Part shown: positions 35,971-44,400 of the stretch, piece by piece
How positions within the stretch are numbered: position 1 is the first letter of the stretch
Layout: each line of letters opens with the position of its first letter
Virus record (IMG/VR): IMGVR_UViG_3300047494_000053
Coordinates: 1 to 56,481 of that record
Length of the DNA stretch: 56,481 nucleotides
From: a virus
Strand: one strand, 5' to 3'
The notes under the pieces: generated by a model
The model's database searches: none
What the model was told of the DNA's origin: nothing
Seen by the model: only the letters and a program-made list of their open reading frames with translations
Program-made: the position numbers and the translations under genes

Positions 35971-36170
35971 AATCGGCAATGAAGAACGCCATGCTGATGG
36001 CGGAAGCATTCCGCCAGCGCGGCACCGTCGCCCACGCTACCAATCGCGAGCTTGCTGCGGCGCTGGACGTACTGGTGGCCAATGGCGATGCGGACGGCGC
36101 GGATTGCCTGCGGGCAGAACAGCGGCGCCGTGCGGTGGCTCTGGCCAATCTGACGGCGGCGTTGGCGTGA
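35967..36170 (+). CDS. Hypothetical protein, 67 aa
   Basis: ORF track. ATGA overlap. Confidence 0.5.
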   Translation: MKSAMKNAMLMAEAFRQRGTVAHATNRELAAALDVLVANGDADGADCLRAEQRRRAVALANLTAALA

Positions 36171-36346
36171 TGCCCATGTTCACCATCGAAGTATTCCGCG
36201 GCGGCGCATGGACCCTGCGTGGCCAAGTGGACAGCACGCAGGAAGCCGTCCTGGCCGCGCTTCCCGGTTATTGCCTGCAATACCCGCATCGCGCGCTGCT
36301 GGATGGCGTGGTGGTGGGCGAGTGTCAGCCGAAGGGGCGCGTTTGA
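36170..36346 (+). CDS. Hypothetical protein, 58 aa
   Basis: ATG overlaps the upstream TGA (TGATG). Sequence MPMFTIEVFRGGAWTLRGQV... Confidence 0.45.
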   Translation: MPMFTIEVFRGGAWTLRGQVDSTQEAVLAALPGYCLQYPHRALLDGVVVGECQPKGRV

Positions 36347-36347
36347 T

Positions 36348-37319
36348 GTGCCCCGCGCTTACTACAATGAACGCGACAAAAAAGCGGCGCAGCATTTGCG
36401 CAACGCCATTTCAGCGGGACTTGTTTTCGACGGCGATGTTGACGATCGAGACGTGCGCGACGTCCTTCCAAGCGACCTCGACGGATACGATCAACACCAT
36501 TTCTTTGCCGGCATCGGTATCTGGAGCCTCGCCCTTCGCTGGGCCGGATGGCCTGACGATCGCCCGGTCTGGACCGGCTCCTGCCCATGCCAGCCTTTCA
36601 GCGGCGCAGGCAAAGGGCTTGGGTTTGCTGATGAGCGGCACGTATGGCCGTTCTGGCACTGGCTCATCGCGCAGCGAGGCCCTGACACGATCTTTGGAGA
36701 ACAGGTTGCGAGTGCTGACGGCCTCGCGTGGTTCGACCTTGTATCGTCTGACCTGGAAGCATCGGGCTACGCCATCGGGGCGAGTGATCAGTGCTCTGCG
36801 GGCGTTGGCGCTCCGAACATCAGGCAGCGGCTCTACTGGGTGGCCGACGCCGACCGGCAACGATGCGCTGAAGGGGGGCAAAATAACCCCGCGCCCCGGC
36901 ATGATCTGTCTGACGGCAGCGGCGCAGATGGCCGAGTGGTCAACGCCGGCGGCATCGGACGGCGAAAGGTCCGGCACGATCACGGATCAGATGACCGGGC
37001 AATCTTTGACGCAGCAAGCCACGTTGGCCGGCTGGGCGACGCCCACGACACGGCATTACCGCACGCCGAATCACCGGACCCTGCGGGAGCGCGGCGGGGA
37101 GGCGAAGGGCGAGCAGCTTCAGAACCAAGTCGCCCACCTGATCCCTGGCGCGAGCTTGAATGGATTGCCTGCCGAGACGGAAAGCAAAGGCCTACTAAAC
37201 CCGGTCTTTTCCCTCTGGCTCCAAGGCATCCCGGAGACGTGGGCATCCTGCGAACCGCGGGAAACGCGATCAACCCGTACGTCGCGGAAACCTTCATCCG
37301 CGCGTTCCTCGAAACATAG
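36348..37319 (+). CDS. DNA (cytosine-5) methyltransferase, frame-0 reading (323 aa from GTG 36348; alternative ATG 36303)
   Basis: AYYNERDKKAAQHLRN N-terminus, HFFAGIGIW (motif I), GSCPCQPFSGAGK (motif IV), IFGEQV (motif VI), APNIRQRLYWVA (motif VIII) and GNAINPYVAETFIRAF (motif X). The central 36860-37230 segment looks non-coding in this frame (see findings). Confidence 0.7.
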   Translation: MPRAYYNERDKKAAQHLRNAISAGLVFDGDVDDRDVRDVLPSDLDGYDQHHFFAGIGIWSLALRWAGWPDDRPVWTGSCPCQPFSGAGKGLGFADERHVWPFWHWLIAQRGPDTIFGEQVASADGLAWFDLVSSDLEASGYAIGASDQCSAGVGAPNIRQRLYWVADADRQRCAEGGQNNPAPRHDLSDGSGADGRVVNAGGIGRRKVRHDHGSDDRAIFDAASHVGRLGDAHDTALPHAESPDPAGARRGGEGRAASEPSRPPDPWRELEWIACRDGKQRPTKPGLFPLAPRHPGDVGILRTAGNAINPYVAETFIRAFLET

Positions 37320-37335
37320 GCAGGAGGCGGCATGA
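36841..37335 (+). other. Alternative +1 reading frame inside the C5-methyltransferase gene, carrying TRD/motif-IX-like sequence
   Basis: Part of ORF 36208..37335. Contains WPTP (36841), WSTP (36937), WATP (37033) and LNPVFSLWLQGIPETW (37195-37242). GC3 is higher than frame 0 across about 36900-37230. Its stop forms ATGA with the next gene. Confidence 0.45.
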
Positions 37336-37490
37336 CGGCGACGCACGCGCAGCTTAATCGCATTCTTGATCACATCGGCAAGGCGCGCACGTCCGCGTTG
37401 CTCGAAGGCCAGTTCACCGTGCTCGGCCTTCTCGACGTGCTCTACATCGAAACGGAAGCCAAGCGCGACGCGGCGAAGGTGACGGCATGA
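37332..37490 (+). CDS. Hypothetical protein, 52 aa
   Basis: AGGAGG RBS at 37322-37327. ATGA overlap with the downstream start. Confidence 0.5.
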   Translation: MTATHAQLNRILDHIGKARTSALLEGQFTVLGLLDVLYIETEAKRDAAKVTA

Positions 37491-37726
37491 CGAAACCACC
37501 GCGCGAACCGGGCAGCCCGCGCGCCGCCGCCGCGCCGAAAAGGGTAGGCGCCACGCGCGCCTGCATCGGCTGCCTTCATTCCGTTCAAACCGAGAACGGC
37601 GCGCTGGAGTGTCACCGCTTCCCGCCGGCGGCCGGCCGCATGGCCGACACCGCCGGGCGCTGGCCGCTTGTGCGGGAAATGGAAGCGTGCGGCGAGTGGA
37701 AGGATATGCGCCATGGCCACGGATAA
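37487..37726 (+). CDS. Small Cys-rich hypothetical protein, 79 aa
   Basis: ORF track. CIGC...ECH...ACGEW pattern. Confidence 0.5.
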   Translation: MTKPPREPGSPRAAAAPKRVGATRACIGCLHSVQTENGALECHRFPPAAGRMADTAGRWPLVREMEACGEWKDMRHGHG

Positions 37727-37970
37727 ACCGCGCTTCCAGATCGTTGTGCAGGAGGTCTACAAGCAACACCATTTTTGCAAGCTCTACACGTTTCCGTCGC
37801 TCGTGCAGCGGCGGCAGCTTGCGCAGGACCAAGCTGACTTTCGGTTAGCCGCGCTGGATATCGCGATTGAGACCTTGCAGGCGGTGTATGACGGAAAGCT
37901 GATCGCGGCGCCCGGCATGGAGGCGCAGCTCGCCCATCTTGGCATACCGTCACTCGGCGGCGCGCCATGA
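37713..37970 (+). CDS. Hypothetical protein, 85 aa
   Basis: ORF 37668..37970 trimmed to ATG 37713. Confidence 0.5.
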   Translation: MATDKPRFQIVVQEVYKQHHFCKLYTFPSLVQRRQLAQDQADFRLAALDIAIETLQAVYDGKLIAAPGMEAQLAHLGIPSLGGAP

Positions 37971-38209
37971 GCGGCTACGATATCAACACCTGCAAGGACC
38001 CGGCGCTGATCGCTGCGCACAGGCTTTGCAACGCCATTTGCCGCGAGAATACCGCGCTCGAAGCTGCAATTCGCCACGAACACGAGCTGGTCGATCGCCG
38101 CTTCCTGCCGCGAGTGCGGGACCTCGATGCACGATACCAGGCTGCAGAAAATGAATTCATGCGCCTGCACGATCTGTGGGCGGCGCGGCAGCGGGAGAGG
38201 GCAGCATAA
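37967..38209 (+). CDS. Hypothetical protein, 80 aa
   Basis: ORF track. ATGA overlap. Confidence 0.5.
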   Translation: MSGYDINTCKDPALIAAHRLCNAICRENTALEAAIRHEHELVDRRFLPRVRDLDARYQAAENEFMRLHDLWAARQRERAA

Positions 38210-38403
38210 TGGGTGACATTGCTGATATGGTCCTCGAAGGCATCCTCAGCGAGGACGGCGAATTCATCGGCGAGGAGCACGTCGACGAGACGGTTGCGCC
38301 GCCGGTGAAGCATGGGCGCAGATGGATGAAAAACCGCCGTAAGCGCCAGCGCCGCAAAGCGAAGATCGCTGCCGCCAAGCGCCCGGGCCCGGTCGATGCG
38401 TGA
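38209..38403 (+). CDS. Hypothetical protein, 64 aa (acidic N-terminus, basic C-terminus)
   Basis: ORF 38176..38403 trimmed to ATG 38209 (TAATG overlap). Confidence 0.45.
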   Translation: MGDIADMVLEGILSEDGEFIGEEHVDETVAPPVKHGRRWMKNRRKRQRRKAKIAAAKRPGPVDA

Positions 38404-38596
38404 TCGCGCACCGCTTCCGCCCTGCACCGTCATTCCGCCATGGCGCGAGCGCGAGGCCATGTTGCTGGAGCGCGCGCAGCCGGCCCGGCGCAGGGCTCGG
38501 GAAATTTGGCGCCGTGCGCTGGCGATTTTCGCACTCGTCGGCGCCGGCATGCTGCTTTCGACGGGCTGCGCCAGCATGCCCCGGCCCCCGCAATAA
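38396..38596 (+). CDS. Small membrane or lipoprotein-like protein, 66 aa (alternative start 38459)
   Basis: RRRAREIWRRALAIFALVGAGMLLSTGC then ASMPRPPQ: a signal-like segment with an imperfect lipobox near the C-terminus. Confidence 0.5.
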   Translation: MRDRAPLPPCTVIPPWREREAMLLERAQPARRRAREIWRRALAIFALVGAGMLLSTGCASMPRPPQ

Positions 38597-38620
38597 ACAC
38601 GGCTTAATCAAGGACGCACG

Positions 38621-38833
38621 ATGACCGAGGCGCAAATGGCCAACGCATTCAACGAATGGATGCGCGAATACACCGAAGACCCGTCGGCCTTTGAAGCGAC
38701 CTTCAAGACCGTCGAGAAATTCTTGGCAGCCGGCCGCGCCGGTTTACCGCCTTCGTACGGCACCGAGTGCCTCGGATTGTTGAAGGCATATCACCGCAAG
38801 CTCACCGCGCCCGCAGCCTCCGCCGCCGCTTAA
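38621..38833 (+). CDS. Hypothetical protein, 70 aa
   Basis: ORF track. Confidence 0.5.
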   Translation: MTEAQMANAFNEWMREYTEDPSAFEATFKTVEKFLAAGRAGLPPSYGTECLGLLKAYHRKLTAPAASAAA

Positions 38834-38847
38834 CGAAAGCTCGCATC

Positions 38848-40434
38848 ATGAACCAGATAATTGACCATGAGCCCGACGCCTCGGACCACGCGCCGGCGGC
38901 GGCCTTCGAAAAGGCATCTTGCACCGAGCTTGTTCTCGCGCGGAACGCCGCGCCGTCGATCATCAAGGCCGACCGGGAGGACGAAGACCTGCTCGGCAAG
39001 CTGGCCGCCGAAATCGAAGCGTTCAAGCCGGACATTTCGACGGCGTCTGGGCGCGAGGCGATCAAGAAGCTGCGCCGAAAGGTCTCGTTCACCAAGGCGC
39101 GGCTCGTCGAGAAGGCGAGCGCGATGAAGGCGGACGCGCTCAAATTGCAGCGCGCCGTGAATGCCGAAGTGAACGTGCTCGAGGAGCGCATGGACGCGCT
39201 GCGCGATCGCGTGGGGCTGGAGCTGGACGAATGGGAGCAGATCGAAATCGATCGGGTTGCCACGCATGAGCGGCTCGTCGCGGAAATGGCGGCGCTGCGG
39301 GAATTCGGCGGGGTTGATCCGACGCCGGCGCAAATCAGCGACCGGCTGGACGCGCTGACCAAGCTGCGCGATCGAGACTGGCAGGAATTCAGGGCGCGCG
39401 CCACCGAAGCTTATACCGACAGCTTCGACAGGCTGGGCTCGATGATGCAGGCCGCGCAGCGCCGGGAGCGCGAGGCTGCGGAGCTGGCCGAGCTGCGCGC
39501 GCACAAGGCTGAGGCCGACCGTATACGGGGCCACCGCGATGCCCTGGCGCAGCTCGCATTGGTCGCCGTTATTGATACGGGCAGCGGGCCCGATGGCGCA
39601 GTCACCGCCATGGACGCCAAGCTGCGCATCGACCTGCTCAACAAGCCGTCGACCCGCGATTGGCAGGAATATGCCGTGCAGGCCAATGAGACGCGCGCCA
39701 TGGCGGTGCAGCGGCTTACTGCGCTGCATGCGAAGCTGGAGGCCGCAGAGGCGGCCGCGCAGGCCGAGCGCGACCGGAAGATTGCCGAGGAGGCCGCTGC
39801 GGAGGCGACGCGCCAGGCCGCGGAGACCGCCGCCCGGGTGGCCGCGGAGACCGCCCAGCGTGAGGAGCGGCAGAAGCAGGAGCAGGCCGCGGCGGAAGCC
39901 CGCGCCGACCAGGAACGGCAGGCCCGAGAGGCGTCAGAAGCCCGGCAGGAACAGCGGCGTAAGGCCGACCACGAACAGGTCATTGCCGCCATCCGCGCGG
40001 CTGCCGAGCGGGGCATCACGCCCACCACGAACAGCCAGGTTCTGGCGAACGGCATTGAGCACGTCACGAACCTTTTTGCCCGCGATTGGGAGGAATACTT
40101 CGACGAGGCCGAGGCGGCGCGGGCTGCCGCGGTGGGAAAGCTCACCGGCCTACGCGAGGCGGCGATCGCCCGGGAGACGGCTGCACGCGAGGCGGCAGAG
40201 CAGCAGGCGCGCGAGGAGGAGCGGAAAAAGCTTCTGGCGCAACAGGCGCAGGAACAGGCCGCCGCATCAGCAGCCCAGAAGAAGCGTGAGGCCGATCGGG
40301 CGCACCGCGGGAAGATCAACCGCAAGGCAACCGACGCCCTGATGGTTGCGGCCGCACTGACCGAGGAGACCGCGCAGGCGATCGTGGTGGCGATCGCGCG
40401 CGGCGAGATCCCCGCCGTGTCGATCGCCTACTGA
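38848..40434 (+). CDS. Large coiled-coil protein, 528 aa (recombination-module associated)
   Basis: ORF 38767..40434 trimmed to ATG 38848. Extended Ala/Glu/Arg/Gln heptad-like sequence. Directly precedes the ERF gene. Confidence 0.6.
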   Translation: MNQIIDHEPDASDHAPAAAFEKASCTELVLARNAAPSIIKADREDEDLLGKLAAEIEAFKPDISTASGREAIKKLRRKVSFTKARLVEKASAMKADALKLQRAVNAEVNVLEERMDALRDRVGLELDEWEQIEIDRVATHERLVAEMAALREFGGVDPTPAQISDRLDALTKLRDRDWQEFRARATEAYTDSFDRLGSMMQAAQRREREAAELAELRAHKAEADRIRGHRDALAQLALVAVIDTGSGPDGAVTAMDAKLRIDLLNKPSTRDWQEYAVQANETRAMAVQRLTALHAKLEAAEAAAQAERDRKIAEEAAAEATRQAAETAARVAAETAQREERQKQEQAAAEARADQERQAREASEARQEQRRKADHEQVIAAIRAAAERGITPTTNSQVLANGIEHVTNLFARDWEEYFDEAEAARAAAVGKLTGLREAAIARETAAREAAEQQAREEERKKLLAQQAQEQAAASAAQKKREADRAHRGKINRKATDALMVAAALTEETAQAIVVAIARGEIPAVSIAY

Positions 40435-40444
40435 GGCCGCCGGC

Positions 40445-41230
40445 ATGAGCGAAATCGCAATTCAGGACCGGCCCGTGCCCACCGGCGCCGTGACGCGCGC
40501 CGGCGAGCAAAGCCAGGCCGTTCTCACCATGATCGACCGGGCTGCGCGCGATCCTTCCGTCGACGTCACTAAGATGCAGGCGCTCCTTGATATGCAGGAG
40601 CGCGTCATGCGCCGGCACGCGGAGGTCGAATTCACCGAAGCTTACTCCCGGCTCTCCTCCGGTCTTCCGCGCATCAAGAAAAACGGGGCGCTCGAGTATC
40701 CGATCAACAAAAACGACCCCGATGGCCCAAAGCGGAAGATCGCCAATTTTGCCCGCTGGGAAGATATCGACGCCGTCATTCGGCCGCTTCTGGTTGCCGA
40801 GGGCTTTTCGCTGTCGTTCGAGAGTGCGCAGCGCCCCGGCGATGGCGGCGGCCTGCTCGTGACAGGGCATTTGAACCACGTGGGCGGCCACCGGCAATCG
40901 GCAACGATACCGCTGCCGCTCGACAGCTCCGGCGGCAAGAACAACCTCCAGGGCTACGGAAGCACGTTCACCTATGGCAAGCGTTACACCGCTACCATGC
41001 TCCTCAACCTCATTTTCGAGGGCGAAGACGATGACGGGAAGCGCGGCGGCGACGAGTTTATCAACAGCGTGCAGGCCGCCGAACTCCGGCAGCTCATCGA
41101 AGATGGCAAGGTGCCTCTTGATGGCTTCCTTGATTACATGGGGACGCGCTCGATCGACGAAATCCAGGTGGCCGATTTTCCGCGCGCCATGAACGCGCTT
41201 CGCAAGCGGAAGCCGGGACCGCGGCAATGA
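40445..41230 (+). CDS. ERF-family single-strand annealing protein, 261 aa
   Basis: FTEAYSRLSSGLPRIKKNG...WEDIDAVIRPLLVAEGFSL...GHLNHVGGH...NNLQGYGSTFTYGKRYTATMLLNLIFEGEDDDG fits the ERF pattern. Confidence 0.75.
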   Translation: MSEIAIQDRPVPTGAVTRAGEQSQAVLTMIDRAARDPSVDVTKMQALLDMQERVMRRHAEVEFTEAYSRLSSGLPRIKKNGALEYPINKNDPDGPKRKIANFARWEDIDAVIRPLLVAEGFSLSFESAQRPGDGGGLLVTGHLNHVGGHRQSATIPLPLDSSGGKNNLQGYGSTFTYGKRYTATMLLNLIFEGEDDDGKRGGDEFINSVQAAELRQLIEDGKVPLDGFLDYMGTRSIDEIQVADFPRAMNALRKRKPGPRQ

Positions 41231-41949
41231 TAATCCACGACGTCCAGCAAGGCTCTGCGGAGTGGCACGCGCTGCGGCTGGGCATCCCGACAGCCAGCGA
41301 ATTCCACCGGATTATTACGCCGACCGGGCAGCCGAGCGGCCAGCGAGAACGCTATATGGCGCGCCTGGTCGCCGAGCGCGTCCTACGGGAGCCGATGGAG
41401 AACGTCGACGGCCTGCGTTGGATCGAACACGGCAAAGAACAGGAGCCAATCGCCGCCAAGACGTTCGAGTGGGAAAATAGCTGCGTCACCCAGAAGGTCG
41501 GGTTCGTGACCACCGATGACGGCAAATGGGGCGCGTCGCCGGACCGGCTCATCAGCGGCAAAGGCGGCTGCCTGGAAATCAAATGCCCGGCGCCGCAGAC
41601 GCACACCTACTATCACATCAAAGGCTTCGGCGGGAACTACAAGGTTCAGGTCCAGGGGCAAATGCTGGTGTGCGAGGAGGAAAAGGCGATCCGCTATTCC
41701 TGGCACCCGCGGATGCCGTCGCTCCAACAGGACTGCCACCGCGACGATATGTTTATTCGCACGCTGCGCGAGGCGCTGGAGCTTTTCAGCGAGGAGCTGG
41801 AAATGCACACCGAGCGCATGCTGGCGATGGGATATTTCGCCGCCAACACCGGGCCGGTGACGCCGACAGACACCGCCTATGACGGCTCGCTCGCGGACTG
41901 GACGATCGTGGGCCCGGATGAACTCGATAACCCAATGCGCGCAGGATAG
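41227..41949 (+). CDS. YqaJ-like (lambda Exo-type, PD-(D/E)XK) recombination exonuclease, 240 aa
   Basis: QQGSAEWHALRLGIPTASEFHRIIT...ASPDRLI...GCLEIKCP...Q(V)Q(G)QM fits the YqaJ pattern. Confidence 0.8.
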   Translation: MIIHDVQQGSAEWHALRLGIPTASEFHRIITPTGQPSGQRERYMARLVAERVLREPMENVDGLRWIEHGKEQEPIAAKTFEWENSCVTQKVGFVTTDDGKWGASPDRLISGKGGCLEIKCPAPQTHTYYHIKGFGGNYKVQVQGQMLVCEEEKAIRYSWHPRMPSLQQDCHRDDMFIRTLREALELFSEELEMHTERMLAMGYFAANTGPVTPTDTAYDGSLADWTIVGPDELDNPMRAG

Positions 41950-41952
41950 ACG

Positions 41953-42372
41953 ATGCCCCCCTTATTGACCCCGGGCATGGACCCGATTCAGCAGCAGTGG
42001 CGTGAGAATATGCAGGCCTGCATGGCGGCGCTGACCGAGGCGATGCCGGGCGTCGGCATGTGCCTGTTCCTTTTCGGTCAGGAAGGCACGGGCGGCCGGG
42101 TGAATTATATCGCGAACACCGAGCGCTCCGTTACCGTCGGCGCTGTACGTGCTTGGCTTGAGCGCCAGGTTGCCCACATGCCGCCCGCCGACATACCGCG
42201 ATCAATGCCGGCGGGGACGACACCACAGCGCGCGGCTTTCGAGGCCATGGTGCGTGCCGGGCTGAAACTGCCGAGCGGGCACGAGGGCCAGGGCCAAACG
42301 CGAAAGATGCAGATTTTGCAGGAGGTCGCGGACACCGTGGCGCGGGCCGTGCTGGAGGCCGCCGCGCCATGA
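41953..42372 (+). CDS. Hypothetical protein, 139 aa
   Basis: ORF track. Confidence 0.5.
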   Translation: MPPLLTPGMDPIQQQWRENMQACMAALTEAMPGVGMCLFLFGQEGTGGRVNYIANTERSVTVGAVRAWLERQVAHMPPADIPRSMPAGTTPQRAAFEAMVRAGLKLPSGHEGQGQTRKMQILQEVADTVARAVLEAAAP

Positions 42373-42545
42373 AACGCTACCTGACAATCGCGATCAGCGA
42401 GCAGCACTACCGCGCGCTCATACTCATCGCCGAAAGGAATCTCAGGACTGTCGAATGGGCGGCAGCGGGCATCCTGGAAGTCGAGGTCGCCACCATGGCG
42501 GAATTTCGAGAGGTCGCGCCGCCGGCGCAGGTCGGCGGCAAATGA
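42369..42545 (+). CDS. Possible ribbon-helix-helix (CopG/Arc-like) protein, 58 aa
   Basis: MKRYLTIAISEQHYRALILIAERNLRTVEWAAAGIL. ATGA overlaps at both ends. Confidence 0.4.
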   Translation: MKRYLTIAISEQHYRALILIAERNLRTVEWAAAGILEVEVATMAEFREVAPPAQVGGK

Positions 42546-42739
42546 CAAGGGAGCAAGCGGCGGCGTTCGTGTTCTCGCAATCGGTCGCCGCGCTGGCCGA
42601 GATAGCTGCGATGCAGGCCGCAAACTCGCAATTTCCGAGCGATCAACCTTACGGAGAGGCGGCCTTTCGCGCCGTGCCGGATCAATTCTCCCTTGGCCAC
42701 AACGCCGTGCTCACGCTGATGCAGGACGCCAATGGCTGA
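42542..42739 (+). CDS. Hypothetical protein, 65 aa
   Basis: ORF 42455..42739 trimmed to ATG 42542. Confidence 0.45.
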   Translation: MTREQAAAFVFSQSVAALAEIAAMQAANSQFPSDQPYGEAAFRAVPDQFSLGHNAVLTLMQDANG

Positions 42740-42932
42740 CCTGTTCGCCGGCGCGGTGCCGCTTTCCGACCAGATCGCCGAGGCCGAGCGCGAGCTGGCG
42801 ATGCGCGAGCGGGTGTACGCCTCATGGGTTGAGGCCGGCCGGCTGACACGGGACCGCGCGGACCTGCAGACAGCGCGCATGGCGGCGATCCTAAAAACGC
42901 TGCGCGGCCTGGAGAAAAGCAATGGGGGCTGA
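42732..42932 (+). CDS. Hypothetical protein, 66 aa
   Basis: ORF track. Confidence 0.5.
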   Translation: MADLFAGAVPLSDQIAEAERELAMRERVYASWVEAGRLTRDRADLQTARMAAILKTLRGLEKSNGG

Positions 42933-43113
42933 CGTGTGCCCCGTGAGCCGATACCGCTGCACCACGCTCGCGGCGTGCACCGAGGGCTCATGCTGGCGGC
43001 AGAGCAGCAGCTCGAACATGAAGCCGATCTCCGAAACGCGCCTGTCGAAGAAAGAGCAGTATTGGCTTGCCATGGCGGACAAGCGCGCGGCCCAGGAGAA
43101 AAGCGATGTCTGA
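42922..43113 (+). CDS. Hypothetical Cys-rich protein, 63 aa
   Basis: ORF track. GC3 is about 85%. Confidence 0.5.
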   Translation: MGADVCPVSRYRCTTLAACTEGSCWRQSSSSNMKPISETRLSKKEQYWLAMADKRAAQEKSDV

Positions 43114-43420
43114 GCCGGAAAAGAAGGACGCGCGCTACGTCGTGATATTGACCAATGGCGCCGCGGAAAACGCCAAGGCCGGCCACGGGTATTACGACAT
43201 ATTGGCGGACGCATTGGTGCGGGTCCAGCACGCCGGCGGCCAGGACGCGCTCCCGAACATGCTTATGCGGAACGGCAAAGTCATCATCCTGCATGGGCTG
43301 CACAATATCGCGTGGAAATACGGCGAAAAGCGCCGCGCCATCTGGAACGCGGCTGAGAAAGAACTGCGCGACGCCTTTCCAGAACCCCCCCCCCCTATCC
43401 TGGTGACCGCCAATGCCTGA
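43106..43420 (+). CDS. Hypothetical protein, 104 aa
   Basis: ORF 43067..43420 trimmed to ATG 43106. Confidence 0.5.
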   Translation: MSEPEKKDARYVVILTNGAAENAKAGHGYYDILADALVRVQHAGGQDALPNMLMRNGKVIILHGLHNIAWKYGEKRRAIWNAAEKELRDAFPEPPPPILVTANA

Positions 43421-44021
43421 CGCACCCAGCGCCTATCCGCTGACCTGGCCTCCCCATTGGCCACGCACGGCATTCCGCGATCGTAAACCGCCTCAATTCC
43501 TGTCGGTTAAAAAGCGGGCCGATGGCAGCAAGCTGCGGGTCGAAATTCGCTTGGCAGATGCACGCGACCGATTGGCGGACGAAATCGACAAGCTGCGCGG
43601 CGCCGACGTGCTTTTGAGCACGGACATACCGCTGCGCGCGAACGGCCAGCCGCGCCTCGATGCGGAGGCGCCGGGAGACCCGGGCGCCGCGGTCTATTTC
43701 GACCTGCACCGCCGACCGCTGGTGCTGGCGTGTGACCGCTGGAATACCGTGGCCGGCAATGTCGCCGCCATCGCCGCCCACATTGGCGCCCTGCGCGCGC
43801 AAGAGCGGTGGGGCGTGGGCAGCATCGAGCAGGCGTTCACCGGCTACCAGGCGCTGCCGGCGCCGGAAAGCTGGCGCGCGGTGCTCGGTATCTCCCAAGG
43901 CGAAGGCATCGAAGCCGCACGCGCCGCGTGGCTGGGCAAGCTGAAAGCGTGCGGGAATCAGGGCGACGAGGCCGTGCGGTTGAACGCCGCCATGGCGCGG
44001 GCGCGGCAGGAAATCGGCTGA
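43413..44021 (+). CDS. Hypothetical protein with degenerate J-domain-like C-terminus (no HPD), 202 aa
   Basis: YPLTWPPHWPRT...DPGAAVYFDL...LACDRWNTVAGNVAAIAAHIGALR then WRAVLGIS...LNAAMARARQE. The family is recalled from prophage proteins; tentative. Confidence 0.5.
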   Translation: MPDAPSAYPLTWPPHWPRTAFRDRKPPQFLSVKKRADGSKLRVEIRLADARDRLADEIDKLRGADVLLSTDIPLRANGQPRLDAEAPGDPGAAVYFDLHRRPLVLACDRWNTVAGNVAAIAAHIGALRAQERWGVGSIEQAFTGYQALPAPESWRAVLGISQGEGIEAARAAWLGKLKACGNQGDEAVRLNAAMARARQEIG

Positions 44022-44221
44022 TGGCCATCGCATTCGTCAATTTCCGCGGCGACCAATGGGAGGTCGAATACTGGGCGGAATACAGCCCGGAAATCGGCGT
44101 CGATGGTGTCACCGAATGGGGCTTTGTTCGGCCCGACGCGCCTACGCCGACGCCAGAGGAGGAGCAAGGTATCATGGATCAGCTCTACGAGGCGTGGAAC
44201 GCGCCGGCGGACGGCTGGTGA
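44021..44221 (+). CDS. Hypothetical protein, 66 aa
   Basis: ORF 43808..44221 trimmed to ATG 44021 (TGATG overlap). Confidence 0.45.
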   Translation: MAIAFVNFRGDQWEVEYWAEYSPEIGVDGVTEWGFVRPDAPTPTPEEEQGIMDQLYEAWNAPADGW

Positions 44222-44400
44222 TGCCGCATGACCCGAAATGCTACGAGCTGGCAGTCTATTTCCTGCCGAGCACCGCCAGCGAGAGGCTGAAAATCGGCAT
44301 GGCGGAAGCGATCCAGGATGCGGTCGAGGAATATCTGCTGACCGAGCTGGCGGCCAAAACCGAGCGGCAAAAGGAGCGCAAGCGTGGAAAGCCAAACTGA
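44221..44400 (+). CDS. Hypothetical protein, 59 aa
   Basis: ORF 44056..44400 trimmed to ATG 44221 (TGATG overlap). Confidence 0.45.
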   Translation: MPHDPKCYELAVYFLPSTASERLKIGMAEAIQDAVEEYLLTELAAKTERQKERKRGKPN

